Source of the DNA: an uncultured Alphaproteobacteria bacterium
Lineage (GTDB): Bacteria > Pseudomonadota > Alphaproteobacteria > Rhizobiales > Xanthobacteraceae
Length of the DNA: 64,000 bases
Reading direction: 5' to 3'
Assembly: GCA_963747855.1 (NCBI GenBank)
Contig: CAVVGN010000005.1
Span: 179,304-243,303, forward strand
Shown: positions 30,083 to 38,801 of the stretch, in pieces
How positions within the stretch are numbered: the stretch's first letter is position 1
Layout of the letters: the number at the start of each line of letters is the position of its first letter
Translations under genes and position numbers: made by a program
The notes under the pieces: generated by a model
The model's database searches: none
What the model was told of the DNA's origin: nothing
The model's input: only the letters and a program-made list of their open reading frames with translations

Positions 30083-31240
30083 TCACCACGCGGCTTCCAA
30101 AATCTCCATGACGTCGTCGGGCGAGCGGATCGGCTGCGGATTGGTGCGTACCCACTGATTGAACATCGCCGCTTCGGCGATCTTCGGCAGTTGCTCGCGC
30201 TTGACGCCGACCGCGCGCAAGGTGGCCGGCTGTTTGAGCGCGGCGATCAATTCGGCAATCGTGTCGGCAGCCGGCGTGGCGGGCTTGCCCAAGACTTCGG
30301 CGATCATCCGCTGTTTGTCCGCAGTGGCGCGCGCGTTGTAGCGCATAACATGCGGCAGCATCACGCACGAAGTGTGGCCGTGCGGCACGTCGGCAAAAGC
30401 GCCGAGCACGTGGCCGATACCGTGGCTCGCGCCGTAGGCGACCCGCGCGATCGACGAAGCGGCGAGCCACGAGGCGTGCTGGCAGAGAAGGCGCGCGTCG
30501 AGATCGCCGGGATGCGGCAGTGCCTGCACAAACAGCCGCAAGGCGTGCAACGCTTGGCCGTCGCAGTAAGGATGCGCTTCGATCGAACATAATGTTTCGA
30601 CCGCATGATCGATTCCGCGCACGCCGGTCGAAAGCCAGAGCCATTCGGGAGTATGCAGCGTGATTTCGGCGTCGAGAATAACCGAACGCGCCCCGACATT
30701 CGGACCGATGAAGGAATGTTTCTGGCGAATCCGCTCGTCGGTGATGCCGGCCAGGTTCGAGAATTCGGCGCCCGACAATGTAGTCGGCACCACCACTTGC
30801 CGCACCGGCGACGGCTTGATGTCCGGCACATTCCGCTTGCCGTCGCCGCCGATGGACACGTGCAGGCCGTCGAGCCCTTCGGTGGTTTCAACTCCATGCG
30901 CCAAACAAATTTGCAGGACTTTGACGGTATCGATTGCGGTGCCGCCGCCGACCGTCAGAATGAGGTCGGGCGCGGCCGCCCGCACCGCCTGCGCGGCGGC
31001 GATGACGCTGGCGCGCGGACTGTGCTGGACGCAGCCATCGAACAAGCCGGCATAACGTGAGCCGAGCGCGCCGGCGATGGCGCGGATGACCGGCGTATTG
31101 CGAGTGAGCGTTTTCGACGCGACCATGAAAACGCGCGCCGCGCCGATGCGTCCGGTTTCCTCCAACATAGCTTCGGCCACCGGGCGGCCGAACACCACGC
31201 GTTCGAGCGGCAAATAGGCGTAGTTGCCGGCTTTGGTCAT
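30083..31240 (-). CDS. Iron-containing alcohol dehydrogenase family (maleylacetate reductase-like)
   Basis: GGGTAIDTVK and the histidine cluster HGIGHVLG...HGHTSCV. Start at MTKAGNYAY with GGAAGAGGG upstream. Confidence 0.8.
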   Translation of the reverse strand: MTKAGNYAYLPLERVVFGRPVAEAMLEETGRIGAARVFMVASKTLTRNTPVIRAIAGALGSRYAGLFDGCVQHSPRASVIAAAQAVRAAAPDLILTVGGGTAIDTVKVLQICLAHGVETTEGLDGLHVSIGGDGKRNVPDIKPSPVRQVVVPTTLSGAEFSNLAGITDERIRQKHSFIGPNVGARSVILDAEITLHTPEWLWLSTGVRGIDHAVETLCSIEAHPYCDGQALHALRLFVQALPHPGDLDARLLCQHASWLAASSIARVAYGASHGIGHVLGAFADVPHGHTSCVMLPHVMRYNARATADKQRMIAEVLGKPATPAADTIAELIAALKQPATLRAVGVKREQLPKIAEAAMFNQWVRTNPQPIRSPDDVMEILEAAW

Positions 31241-31343
31241 GGCGTCCCTCTTCCCTTTCCGATTGCAAAATACCGCAATCCGGTCATCCTTGTAGCCGCT
31301 GGCGACGGCCGATGGCCGCGTGCGGAGTTGCGTGAAGATTCCC

Positions 31344-32057
31344 ATGCTGGAAAAGAAACGCGAAAGTGAACGCGGCCTGGCCGAGGCCCCGCCTCATTAT
31401 TACGGCCACCGGGAACGGCTGCGCGAACGTTTCCGCGAAGCCGGCGCCGACGCATTATCGGACTATGAGATGCTGGAGGCGGTGCTGTTCCGCGCGCTGC
31501 CCCGGCGCGATATCAAAACCCTTGCCAAGACCCTGATCGCCACTTTCGGCTCATTTGCAGAGGTCTCCGCGCCGGAAGCGCGGCCTGCGCAAATCAAGGG
31601 ATTAGGCCCGGCCAGTATCGCCGAACTCAAGCTGGTGCAGGCAGCGGCAAGCCGGCTCATTCGCGGCAAGGTCAAGAAGCGGCCGGTGCTATCGTCCTGG
31701 TCGGCCGTGCTCGACTATTGCCGCACCGCGCAGGCTTTCGAGGATCGCGAGCAGTTTCGGGTGCTGTTCCTCGACAAACGCAATCAAGTCATCGCCGATG
31801 AAGTAAAGCAGACCGGCACCGTCGATCACACGCCGGTTTATCCGCGCGAGGTGGTCAAGCGCGCGCTTGAACTATCCGCCACCGCCATCATTCTCGTGCA
31901 CAATCGTCCCTCCGGCGATCCGACACCCTCGCGCGCCGACATCCAGATGACGCAGCAGATCATTGCCGTGGCTAATCCGCTCGGCATTTCCGTGCATGAC
32001 CACATCATCGTCGGCAAGGAGGGTCACGCCAGCCTCAAGGGGCTAAAGCTGATCTGA
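31344..32057 (+). CDS. radC: RadC-family JAB-domain protein
   Basis: [13 protein letters not shown]...YEMLE...[14 protein letters not shown] (JAMM-like motif, with R where H is usual). Confidence 0.85.
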   Translation: MLEKKRESERGLAEAPPHYYGHRERLRERFREAGADALSDYEMLEAVLFRALPRRDIKTLAKTLIATFGSFAEVSAPEARPAQIKGLGPASIAELKLVQAAASRLIRGKVKKRPVLSSWSAVLDYCRTAQAFEDREQFRVLFLDKRNQVIADEVKQTGTVDHTPVYPREVVKRALELSATAIILVHNRPSGDPTPSRADIQMTQQIIAVANPLGISVHDHIIVGKEGHASLKGLKLI

Positions 32058-32072
32058 TGTTTAGGGAGCGCC

Positions 32073-32306
32073 ATGACGCGCCGAACCGCGAACCAAGTTA
32101 CACGGCCAAGACGAACCCCGCTTATCGCAGATGTCCTGGCGCTGGCCGTCGGCGCCGCCGCCATCGGCGCCGTCGCCATTGGCGCGCTGACGATCGGCCG
32201 AATTGCGATCGGGCGGGTGGCGATCAAGAAGGCGCGGATCGGTTCGCTCGAAGTCGATGAGCTGACCGTGCGGAAGCTTCACATCATCGAACGGCAGAAT
32301 CTTTGA
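32073..32306 (+). CDS. Small membrane-anchored protein with an AIG-repeat segment
   Basis: 77 aa. AGGGAG RBS, one hydrophobic stretch (LALAVGAAAIGAVAIGALTIGRIAIG), then a charged tail. Confidence 0.5.
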   Translation: MTRRTANQVTRPRRTPLIADVLALAVGAAAIGAVAIGALTIGRIAIGRVAIKKARIGSLEVDELTVRKLHIIERQNL

Positions 32307-32309
32307 GCG

Positions 32310-33344
32310 TTAGCGCACGCTGGCGAGCTGCAAGGAGTTGAACTTGGCGTTCTGCTCGTCGCTCAACGTCTTCTGAAAATCCGCAAGGGCCACTTGAATA
32401 GTCTGGACCGCGCGCCAGGCGGCGTCGAGGCGCGCTTCCGTCGCCTCCAGCCGACCCAATGCCGTGCGCGACACCGCGCCCGGGCAATCGGCGTCGAGAT
32501 CGGTTTGCGCGCGGTTGAAGGCATCCTCGACCTTGGCCAGCGCCGGGCGCTGCTCGGCGGTCGGCTGCACGGCGCGCTCAAGCTCGGCTAGCGATTGCCT
32601 CGGCGATCCCGCCGGGATCTTGCAGGCCGGCGCGATACCGTCGAGCGCGGCACCCTCGCCGTCGAGGCGGGCGCGCTGATCGTCGTTTAAGGATTGCTCG
32701 TAAGCCTGCAACGGCGGCCGCACGATCTCCAGCGCCATGATCATGGCGTCGAGCTGATTGACCATCAAGTGCAGGCGGGCAACCGGTTGGGCCGGGATTT
32801 CCGTCGGGCACGACTCGATCAGGTAGCCGTTGGCCTGGCCCAGCGCGGTTGCGAGTTTTTGCAGCATCGGCTGCTGCTTGGCGTCCGGCGAAGTTTCTTG
32901 AGTGATGCGCCCGACGATCTCGGCGGTTCGATCGCGATACGGGCAGAGATCAGCGCTGCGCTGCGGCGGATATTGGGCGAAGGCCTGATCGAAAATATTC
33001 CGGTAGCCGAACGACCAGGAGGATGACGCACTCGGCGTGAAAATCTCGTCGTAGATCGCGGGCCAGGCGAGTACCGGGTAAAGCAGGCTCGGCGGCCCGG
33101 CAGGCGGCAGACCAGTCTGCGGCAGGCTCGTCTGCGGCGCGGCGCTCGACGGTGAGCCGGGCTGCGCCGGGGCCTCTGTCGCGGAGGGCTCCGTGCGCGC
33201 GACGTGGCTGCGGCGATGCCCCCCGGGAACATACAGATGGAACGGCCCGAAACTCAAACCGAACGCTTGTGCCGCCTGCGATGTCGGAAAAAGCGTTGCT
33301 AACGCAAGTGCAATAACGCCGATACGCGCGCTGACCGCTCGCAT
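32310..33344 (-). CDS. Periplasmic Spy/CpxP-like (LTXXQ-motif) protein
   Basis: Signal peptide MRAVSARIGVIALALATLFPTSQAAQA (GGAGG RBS), a Pro-rich linker and three LxxxQ-type motifs (LNDDQRARL, PTAEQRPAL, LSDEQNAKF). Confidence 0.6.
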   Translation of the reverse strand: MRAVSARIGVIALALATLFPTSQAAQAFGLSFGPFHLYVPGGHRRSHVARTEPSATEAPAQPGSPSSAAPQTSLPQTGLPPAGPPSLLYPVLAWPAIYDEIFTPSASSSWSFGYRNIFDQAFAQYPPQRSADLCPYRDRTAEIVGRITQETSPDAKQQPMLQKLATALGQANGYLIESCPTEIPAQPVARLHLMVNQLDAMIMALEIVRPPLQAYEQSLNDDQRARLDGEGAALDGIAPACKIPAGSPRQSLAELERAVQPTAEQRPALAKVEDAFNRAQTDLDADCPGAVSRTALGRLEATEARLDAAWRAVQTIQVALADFQKTLSDEQNAKFNSLQLASVR

Positions 33345-33437
33345 GGCACGGGCCTCCGAAAAGACCAGCCCCAGAGGGCACACGACAACGCGCTCAAAGA
33401 GTGAAAGTTCCATCCCCGCAAGTCTGTCACCCGGCTT

Positions 33438-34208
33438 TTAGCCGGCGACCTTCGCGCGCTCGGGATTGAGCGCGGCGAGGCCATAATAGTTGCACAGCAC
33501 CGCTTCGATATCGGCTGGAAAGAACGGTTTATTGAGAAAGGCGGCGCCTTGCGAGCGGGCGCGCATTTCGACCGCCGGGTCCTGCGTTGATGTGATGAGC
33601 ACGAATGACGGATCGCGCTTTAAGCGTCGGATCTCCGCCATGGTTTCGAGGCCGCTAAAGCCGGGCAAATTGTAATCGACAAAGACAATATCGAAATCGG
33701 TGTTGCAGGCGAGCTCAATCGCCTCCCCGCCTTGCGCCGCCTCGGTCACTTCGAACGGAAATCGCGTTGCCGCGACCGTCTTGCGCACAATGCTCCGCAT
33801 CGTTGACGAGTCGTCCAATACCATCGCGCGGCAGGTCCGTCCCACGCGGCTTATTCTGTCCAAGAACAGCTTCGCGTCCCGGAACTGCGCAGGTTTCGTC
33901 GCCATGGCGTCGGTCGGAAATGCCGGCGCGGCCTTGTTCGGTTCCGTTAGAAGGACCGTAAAGGGGTGCTTTGTCGCGCCACGCGCAACCGCAAGCATCC
34001 GCGCAATCGCCTGATCGCCCAGCGCCGCGTCGATCAAAAGAAGATCGATACCGGCCGCGACGAGCGAACGGCTGGCCGCCTCTGCGCTTTCCGCTTCGAT
34101 CATCTCAACCGGCACGCGCGGCGCAGCGGCCGCTTTTCGGAACAAATCCCGATCGCCCGGCAAGGCTGAAACCAACATCACTCGGGCACAAAACAAATCA
34201 CTGCTCAT
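33438..34208 (-). CDS. Orphan response regulator: degenerate N-terminal receiver plus canonical CheY-like C-terminal receiver, no output domain
   Basis: The C-terminal half (AMVLDDSSTMR...DIVFVDYNLPGFSGLE...LITS...FLNKP) has the acid pocket, D, T/S and K. The N-terminal half is receiver-like but lacks the acidic pair. Start is at 34208, after GAGGGGGG. Confidence 0.7.
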   Translation of the reverse strand: MSSDLFCARVMLVSALPGDRDLFRKAAAAPRVPVEMIEAESAEAASRSLVAAGIDLLLIDAALGDQAIARMLAVARGATKHPFTVLLTEPNKAAPAFPTDAMATKPAQFRDAKLFLDRISRVGRTCRAMVLDDSSTMRSIVRKTVAATRFPFEVTEAAQGGEAIELACNTDFDIVFVDYNLPGFSGLETMAEIRRLKRDPSFVLITSTQDPAVEMRARSQGAAFLNKPFFPADIEAVLCNYYGLAALNPERAKVAG

Positions 34209-34490
34209 GGCGCTCACCCCCCTCTGAACGCCAACCGTCTCCCCCAGCGCAAAACCCGCCATGAGCGGGTATTACAACTTTTGATGGTATCGGCGCATCG
34301 GTCAAGCCAATGCCGCGAGATTTCAACATAAGTTCTCCGCGAAAATCTTCGCGGCAGCGGCCGCGAATGACTGTGGGCCCAGCCCTCAGGCGCCGCAGTC
34401 GACCAATCTTGCAGCTTGTTGGACGGCCACATCGCCTCCATGGAACTTCCCGCCGTTGGCCAAGGTTATGAATGGCCACCGGAAACCCGC

Positions 34491-35552
34491 ATGTCCGACC
34501 AAACCACGTTGCCCGCCGGCGTAACGCATGGCGCCGCCCGCCTGCCCTCGGTCATCGTCGAAAGCTATGCCGTCGAAATGAAAGACGAGGCGGGATTCGT
34601 CGGCGACCGCGCCAACAAAGGCGCATTTCAGGACTTGCTGGAGGCGCAAAGTCGCGCGCAAGGGCGGCAAGGACCCGCTTGGCAACAAGGAAACCGGAGC
34701 GATTGAAAAGAAGGAGCTCGACAAGCTCCTGACCGAAGGCGACGCCGCGGCGGCTGCCGTCGTGCAAAGCGCGATCGAAGAATTTGCGCAGGCATTGGCG
34801 ACCGTGATCAAGCGCTTTCTCAAGCTGAAGGCATGGGCGACACCGAGCGGCTGGTTATCGGCGGAGGTTTCAGCGGGCGGCGGATCGGCGAGCTCGCGGT
34901 CGCGCGAACCGGCGTGCTGCTCAAGGCTGACAATCTCAACGTCGATCTCACGCTGATCCGTAACGATCCCGACGACGCCGGACTGATCGGCGGCGCCCAC
35001 CTGGCGCCACACTGGATATTCAAAGGCCATGACGCGATTCTTGCCGCCGATATCGGCGGCACCAACATCCGCGCCGGCGTCGTCACGCTGGCGCTGAAGG
35101 AAGACCCCAGGCTTGCCAAGGCCGCCGTCTGGAAACTCGAACGCTGGCGCCACGGCGATGAAAAAAATCTGAGCCGGACCGAAGCGGTCGAAAAACTCAG
35201 CGGCATGCTAGAAAAACTGATCGAACGCGCCGCCAAGGCGAAGCTGCGGCTTGCGCCTCTCATCGCGGTCGGCTGCCCCGGCATCATTGACGAGAACGGC
35301 CGGATCGATCGCGGCGCGCACAATCTTCCGGGCCGGTGGGAGGGCAAGAACTTCAACCTGCCCGCGGCACTGTTGCAGGCGATACCGACGATCGCCGAGG
35401 ATGACACTGCGATCGTCATGCACAGCGACGCGTGGGTGCAAGGCTTAAGCGAGCGGCCGTTCATGGACGACGTGAAGCGCTGGGGCGTGCTGACTATCGG
35501 CACCGGGCTCGGCAACGCGCAATACCGCAACCGCGAACGCGGCGAAGCGTGA
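34491..35552 (+). pseudogene. ROK-family protein (sugar kinase/regulator-like), interrupted as assembled by two indels (about 34645-34650 and 34835-34837)
   Basis: The reading frame goes 0 to 1 to 0. The frame-1 segment RKGGKDPLGNKETGAIEKKELDKLLTEGD...KRFLKLKAW bridges ORF 34416..34706 and ORF 34833..35552 (ADIGGTNIRAG, VGCPGIID, TIGTGLGNA). Confidence 0.7.
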
Positions 35553-35569
35553 CCGGCTAAGACCCGCAG

Positions 35570-36973
35570 TCATGTGCCGTACCGCACCATCCTTGCCGCG
35601 CTTTGACCAGCGATGCGCCCGAGTACCGTTGCCGTCAGCAAGCCGTTGCCTGACAGATAACCGCTGGCGCGCGCGCCAGAAACGCCGGCCGCGGCGCCGC
35701 CGGCAGCAAACAGGTTGGGCAAACGCTGCCCGTCCCTGCGGAGGACGCGGGCCTCCGCGTCGACTGCAAGACCCCCCTGCGTGTGAAAGAGCGCACCGGT
35801 AACTTTGACCGCCTTGAACGGCGGCGACAGCGGTGACGATCCGGCGAAGGAGCGGCCAAAGCGATCCTTGCCGCCGGCAGCCTTTAAAGCCTCAACTTCG
35901 GCAAAGGTTCGCGTGACGACACCGGCTGGCAAATGCAGCCGCAAGGCCAAATCTGCGATCGTGGGCGCCTCAACGATCGCGCCCCCGGCTTCGGCTTGGC
36001 GAAAATCGGCGAATTGGCGGGCAATCGCGGCGATCCGTGCATCGAAAATATTGAACGCCACGCCATCCGTTTGCGCGAGGACGATGGCCGCCTGCTCGGA
36101 GTAACCGCGGCTTTCCTCGGAAAAGCGGACGCCGGCGTTGTTGACCTGGAAGCCGCCCTCCATGATCACCGCCCAAGTCACCAGAACGCCGTGCGGGTGC
36201 GCGACCGAGCCATGTCCCTGATACCCGGACATGTGCTGGAGTTTCGCGCCGAGCGCATCTCCCCACCGCACTGCGTCGCCGCGATTGCCGGGATGCCCGA
36301 AGTACAAAGCGCCGCGCATCTCGGGAATGTGCTCCGCCACCAGATCGGAGGCGCCGCCGTAACCGCTGCAAGAAAGAACGAGGGCACCCGCGCCGAGCTG
36401 ATCGCGCTCGCCGTCGGGCCGCGTGACTTCGACCCCGCTAACACGGCCCTGTTGGTCCGCGTATAGTGCACTGACGGTCGCATTGAGAATGAGCGAAACG
36501 GCGTGTTCGTCCGCCGCATGACGCAAGCGGTCGATGAGTTCCACACCCGAACGGGACGGCAGCCCGTGCATTCGCCGCGCCGAGTGACCGGGATAGTCGA
36601 AGTCGTGAACGACCGAGAAGGGCAAGCCGTAACGATCCGCCAGCCATTCGACGGCGGGACCAGCTTCCTGCGCGATGCGCTCGACCACCGCCGGATCGCT
36701 CTCGCCATGCGCCTTGCGGGCGATGTCGGATGCAAACTGCGCGGCGTCGTCGCTGATACCGAGCGCCCGCTGAAAGCGCGTGCCGGCGGCGGGAATGAGC
36801 CCCGCTGACAACGCGGTCGATCCGCGGGGAAGCGAATCGCGTTCCAGCACGATGACGTCGACGCCGGACTCCCGCGCGGCAAGCGCCGCGCACAGGCCGG
36901 CCGCACCGGCGCCGATAACGACAACCGAAGCATCGGCGGCGAATTTCGCTGCGGGTATTGCTTTGATGGTCAC
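35570..36973 (-). CDS. FAD-dependent oxidoreductase (fumarate reductase/3-ketosteroid dehydrogenase-like flavoprotein)
   Basis: VVVIGAGAAGLCAALAARESG dinucleotide motif and C-terminal GLFAAGGAAAGVSG. GTG start at 36973. The 650-aa track ORF runs on upstream across the thioesterase gene region in another frame. Confidence 0.75.
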   Translation of the reverse strand: MTIKAIPAAKFAADASVVVIGAGAAGLCAALAARESGVDVIVLERDSLPRGSTALSAGLIPAAGTRFQRALGISDDAAQFASDIARKAHGESDPAVVERIAQEAGPAVEWLADRYGLPFSVVHDFDYPGHSARRMHGLPSRSGVELIDRLRHAADEHAVSLILNATVSALYADQQGRVSGVEVTRPDGERDQLGAGALVLSCSGYGGASDLVAEHIPEMRGALYFGHPGNRGDAVRWGDALGAKLQHMSGYQGHGSVAHPHGVLVTWAVIMEGGFQVNNAGVRFSEESRGYSEQAAIVLAQTDGVAFNIFDARIAAIARQFADFRQAEAGGAIVEAPTIADLALRLHLPAGVVTRTFAEVEALKAAGGKDRFGRSFAGSSPLSPPFKAVKVTGALFHTQGGLAVDAEARVLRRDGQRLPNLFAAGGAAAGVSGARASGYLSGNGLLTATVLGRIAGQSAARMVRYGT

Positions 36974-36996
36974 GCGGCTTGTCCGCCGGCTTTGCC

Positions 36997-37449
36997 CTAC
37001 TGGTCGCCGCGCGGCTTCGCGAGCAGCATCTGCGTGCAGCGAAACAGGGCGATCTTTTTGCCGGTCGCTTCGCCTGTGACCTCCGCGTCCCAGACCTGGG
37101 TCGTGCGCCCGCCATGAATGAGGCGTGCCTCGCAGGTGATGCGGCCTTGGAGGGTCGTGCCGATAAAGTTGGTCTTGAGCTCGAGCGTCGTGAAACCGTC
37201 GGCGCCTTCCGGCAGCGACATCATGCAGCCATAGCCGCAGGCGGTGTCGGCCAACGCCACGACCGTGGCGGCGTGCAGATAGCCGTTGGGCGCCAGATGC
37301 CGCTTGCCAATGTCGATCCAGCCGCGCGCAAAGCCCTTGCGAAGCTCCGCCCAATCGATCCCCAGATGATCGGGCAAATGTCCGGCTTGCTTGGCGCGGA
37401 AGAACGCGACTGCGTTGATCGTGCCTTCGTCCTTCATCCGTGCATCCAC
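36997..37449 (-). CDS. PaaI-family hotdog thioesterase
   Basis: 150 aa: NGYLHAATVVALADTACG...ELKTNF...GGRTTQVWDAEV. Confidence 0.8.
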   Translation of the reverse strand: MDARMKDEGTINAVAFFRAKQAGHLPDHLGIDWAELRKGFARGWIDIGKRHLAPNGYLHAATVVALADTACGYGCMMSLPEGADGFTTLELKTNFIGTTLQGRITCEARLIHGGRTTQVWDAEVTGEATGKKIALFRCTQMLLAKPRGDQ

Positions 37450-38138
37450 TATTGTCGCACCAGCAATACCGGGTCGACCGTTTCCGGTACGCGCTGCCAG
37501 GTGTTGGCGTCATTCTCCTCAAACCGCCAGCTTTGCCCGCGCGGCGAAAGCAGCAGCAATTCCCCCTGGTCCATCCGCCACGACGTCGGGCCGAAGCGGG
37601 CGACCAAAGCGTCGCAGCCAGGCTTGAGCTTCAGCAGTAACGTATCGGCACCGGCGGGACTCCCCGCAAGCGTGAGCAGGCAAATCGGCTTGCCGGTGCC
37701 GCGCGCGACCGCCCAATCTCCGATCATGTCGTCGGTTGACCGCACCGGCGCGGCAGCGGCGCTCTGCAACACGTAGCGGCCTTCCCCGGGCTGAAATCCA
37801 TCGAAGATGCCGCTCTCGGCCTCGGTGAGCTCGATCAGTGCGTTGCCACGCGCATCGAGCAGCCGGAGCGTCCCGTAATTGTCGATCGTCCAGCCGGTAA
37901 CATCCTTGGTCGACCGGAAAAGATTGGCACAGTTGCGATCGACGTCGGCGCGGTAACCGCCGGCCGCGACGTCGGCCCGAAATGTAAAATGGCAGACCTT
38001 GTCGCGATCTGCGTTGGAGAACTCCCACGCGCCGATCATGGCCTTGGCAGCATCGCCGAGCGCGGATGAATCCTGCGCCAGCGCGCCGCAGCAAATGCAG
38101 GCGGCAACCGCTACGCCGCCGATGGCACTCCGGACCAT
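37449..38138 (-). CDS. Secreted protein with two protease-inhibitor-Inh/Omp19-like repeats
   Basis: Signal peptide, then two similar modules (GAWEFSNADRDKVCHFTF... and GDWAVARGTGKPICLLTL...), each with paired Cys. Confidence 0.55.
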   Translation of the reverse strand: MVRSAIGGVAVAACICCGALAQDSSALGDAAKAMIGAWEFSNADRDKVCHFTFRADVAAGGYRADVDRNCANLFRSTKDVTGWTIDNYGTLRLLDARGNALIELTEAESGIFDGFQPGEGRYVLQSAAAAPVRSTDDMIGDWAVARGTGKPICLLTLAGSPAGADTLLLKLKPGCDALVARFGPTSWRMDQGELLLLSPRGQSWRFEENDANTWQRVPETVDPVLLVRQ

Positions 38139-38305
38139 GCCTTGCCTACGTTTTGTGCGCTCGTCATACGACGCTAGCATGCGGCCGACCGGCTCGTCAT
38201 GCGCGCGGCATGCTGACACGTGCGGAGACGTTCCAATCGCCGCTTGTGATCGTCGCTCCGTGCCTTACATTGTTGATGAAACAAGCCAACAGGCAGCATC
38301 GCGCC

Positions 38306-38611
38306 ATGGCGGAAGACCCGGACCGGCCCGAGCGGCCTCGTCTTGAACCCGAAATCATCCCGCCGGAGCGATCCCGGGGCGATAGCGAGTGGCCGCCGCG
38401 CGCCTGGCGGTCTTACGGGTCGGGCGCGCATATCCGTCAGCAGATCTATGTTGCCAAGCTCGGCCCGTTCGGTTTCGCGCTATTGATGGCGATCATCGGC
38501 ATCGTGGCGGCCTTGATCCTGCTTGCCGTGGTGGGCGCGATCCTAGTGTGGATTCCGATCCTGGCCCTGCTTTTGGCCGCGGGTTTCATCTACCGGCTGC
38601 TGCGCCGCTGA
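38306..38611 (+). CDS. Small membrane protein, function unknown
   Basis: 101 aa with a charged N-terminus and two TM helices (GPFGFALLMAIIGIVAALILLAVVGAILVWIPILALLLAAGFI). Confidence 0.5.
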   Translation: MAEDPDRPERPRLEPEIIPPERSRGDSEWPPRAWRSYGSGAHIRQQIYVAKLGPFGFALLMAIIGIVAALILLAVVGAILVWIPILALLLAAGFIYRLLRR

Positions 38612-38801
38612 ACGGCCGTCGGCGGCCGACACAGTTCCCAGCCAATTCCGGTGCGCATACCGGCGCGTACACCACCCATTAACCGTGTCGTCTTATGAAT
38701 TGATTAACCATCTCCGTCGCCATGGACATATCCGATTGTATGGCTTTGAGTTGGTTTCGAAAATGATGCAAACGAGTTAAGCGACGCTCTTCGCCGCACT
38801 C

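Noticed and set aside
34386-35153. 255-aa minus-strand ORF opposite the ROK gene
   Set aside because: It is antisense to a gene with clear ROK motifs on the plus strand, and its composition is that of a shadow ORF.
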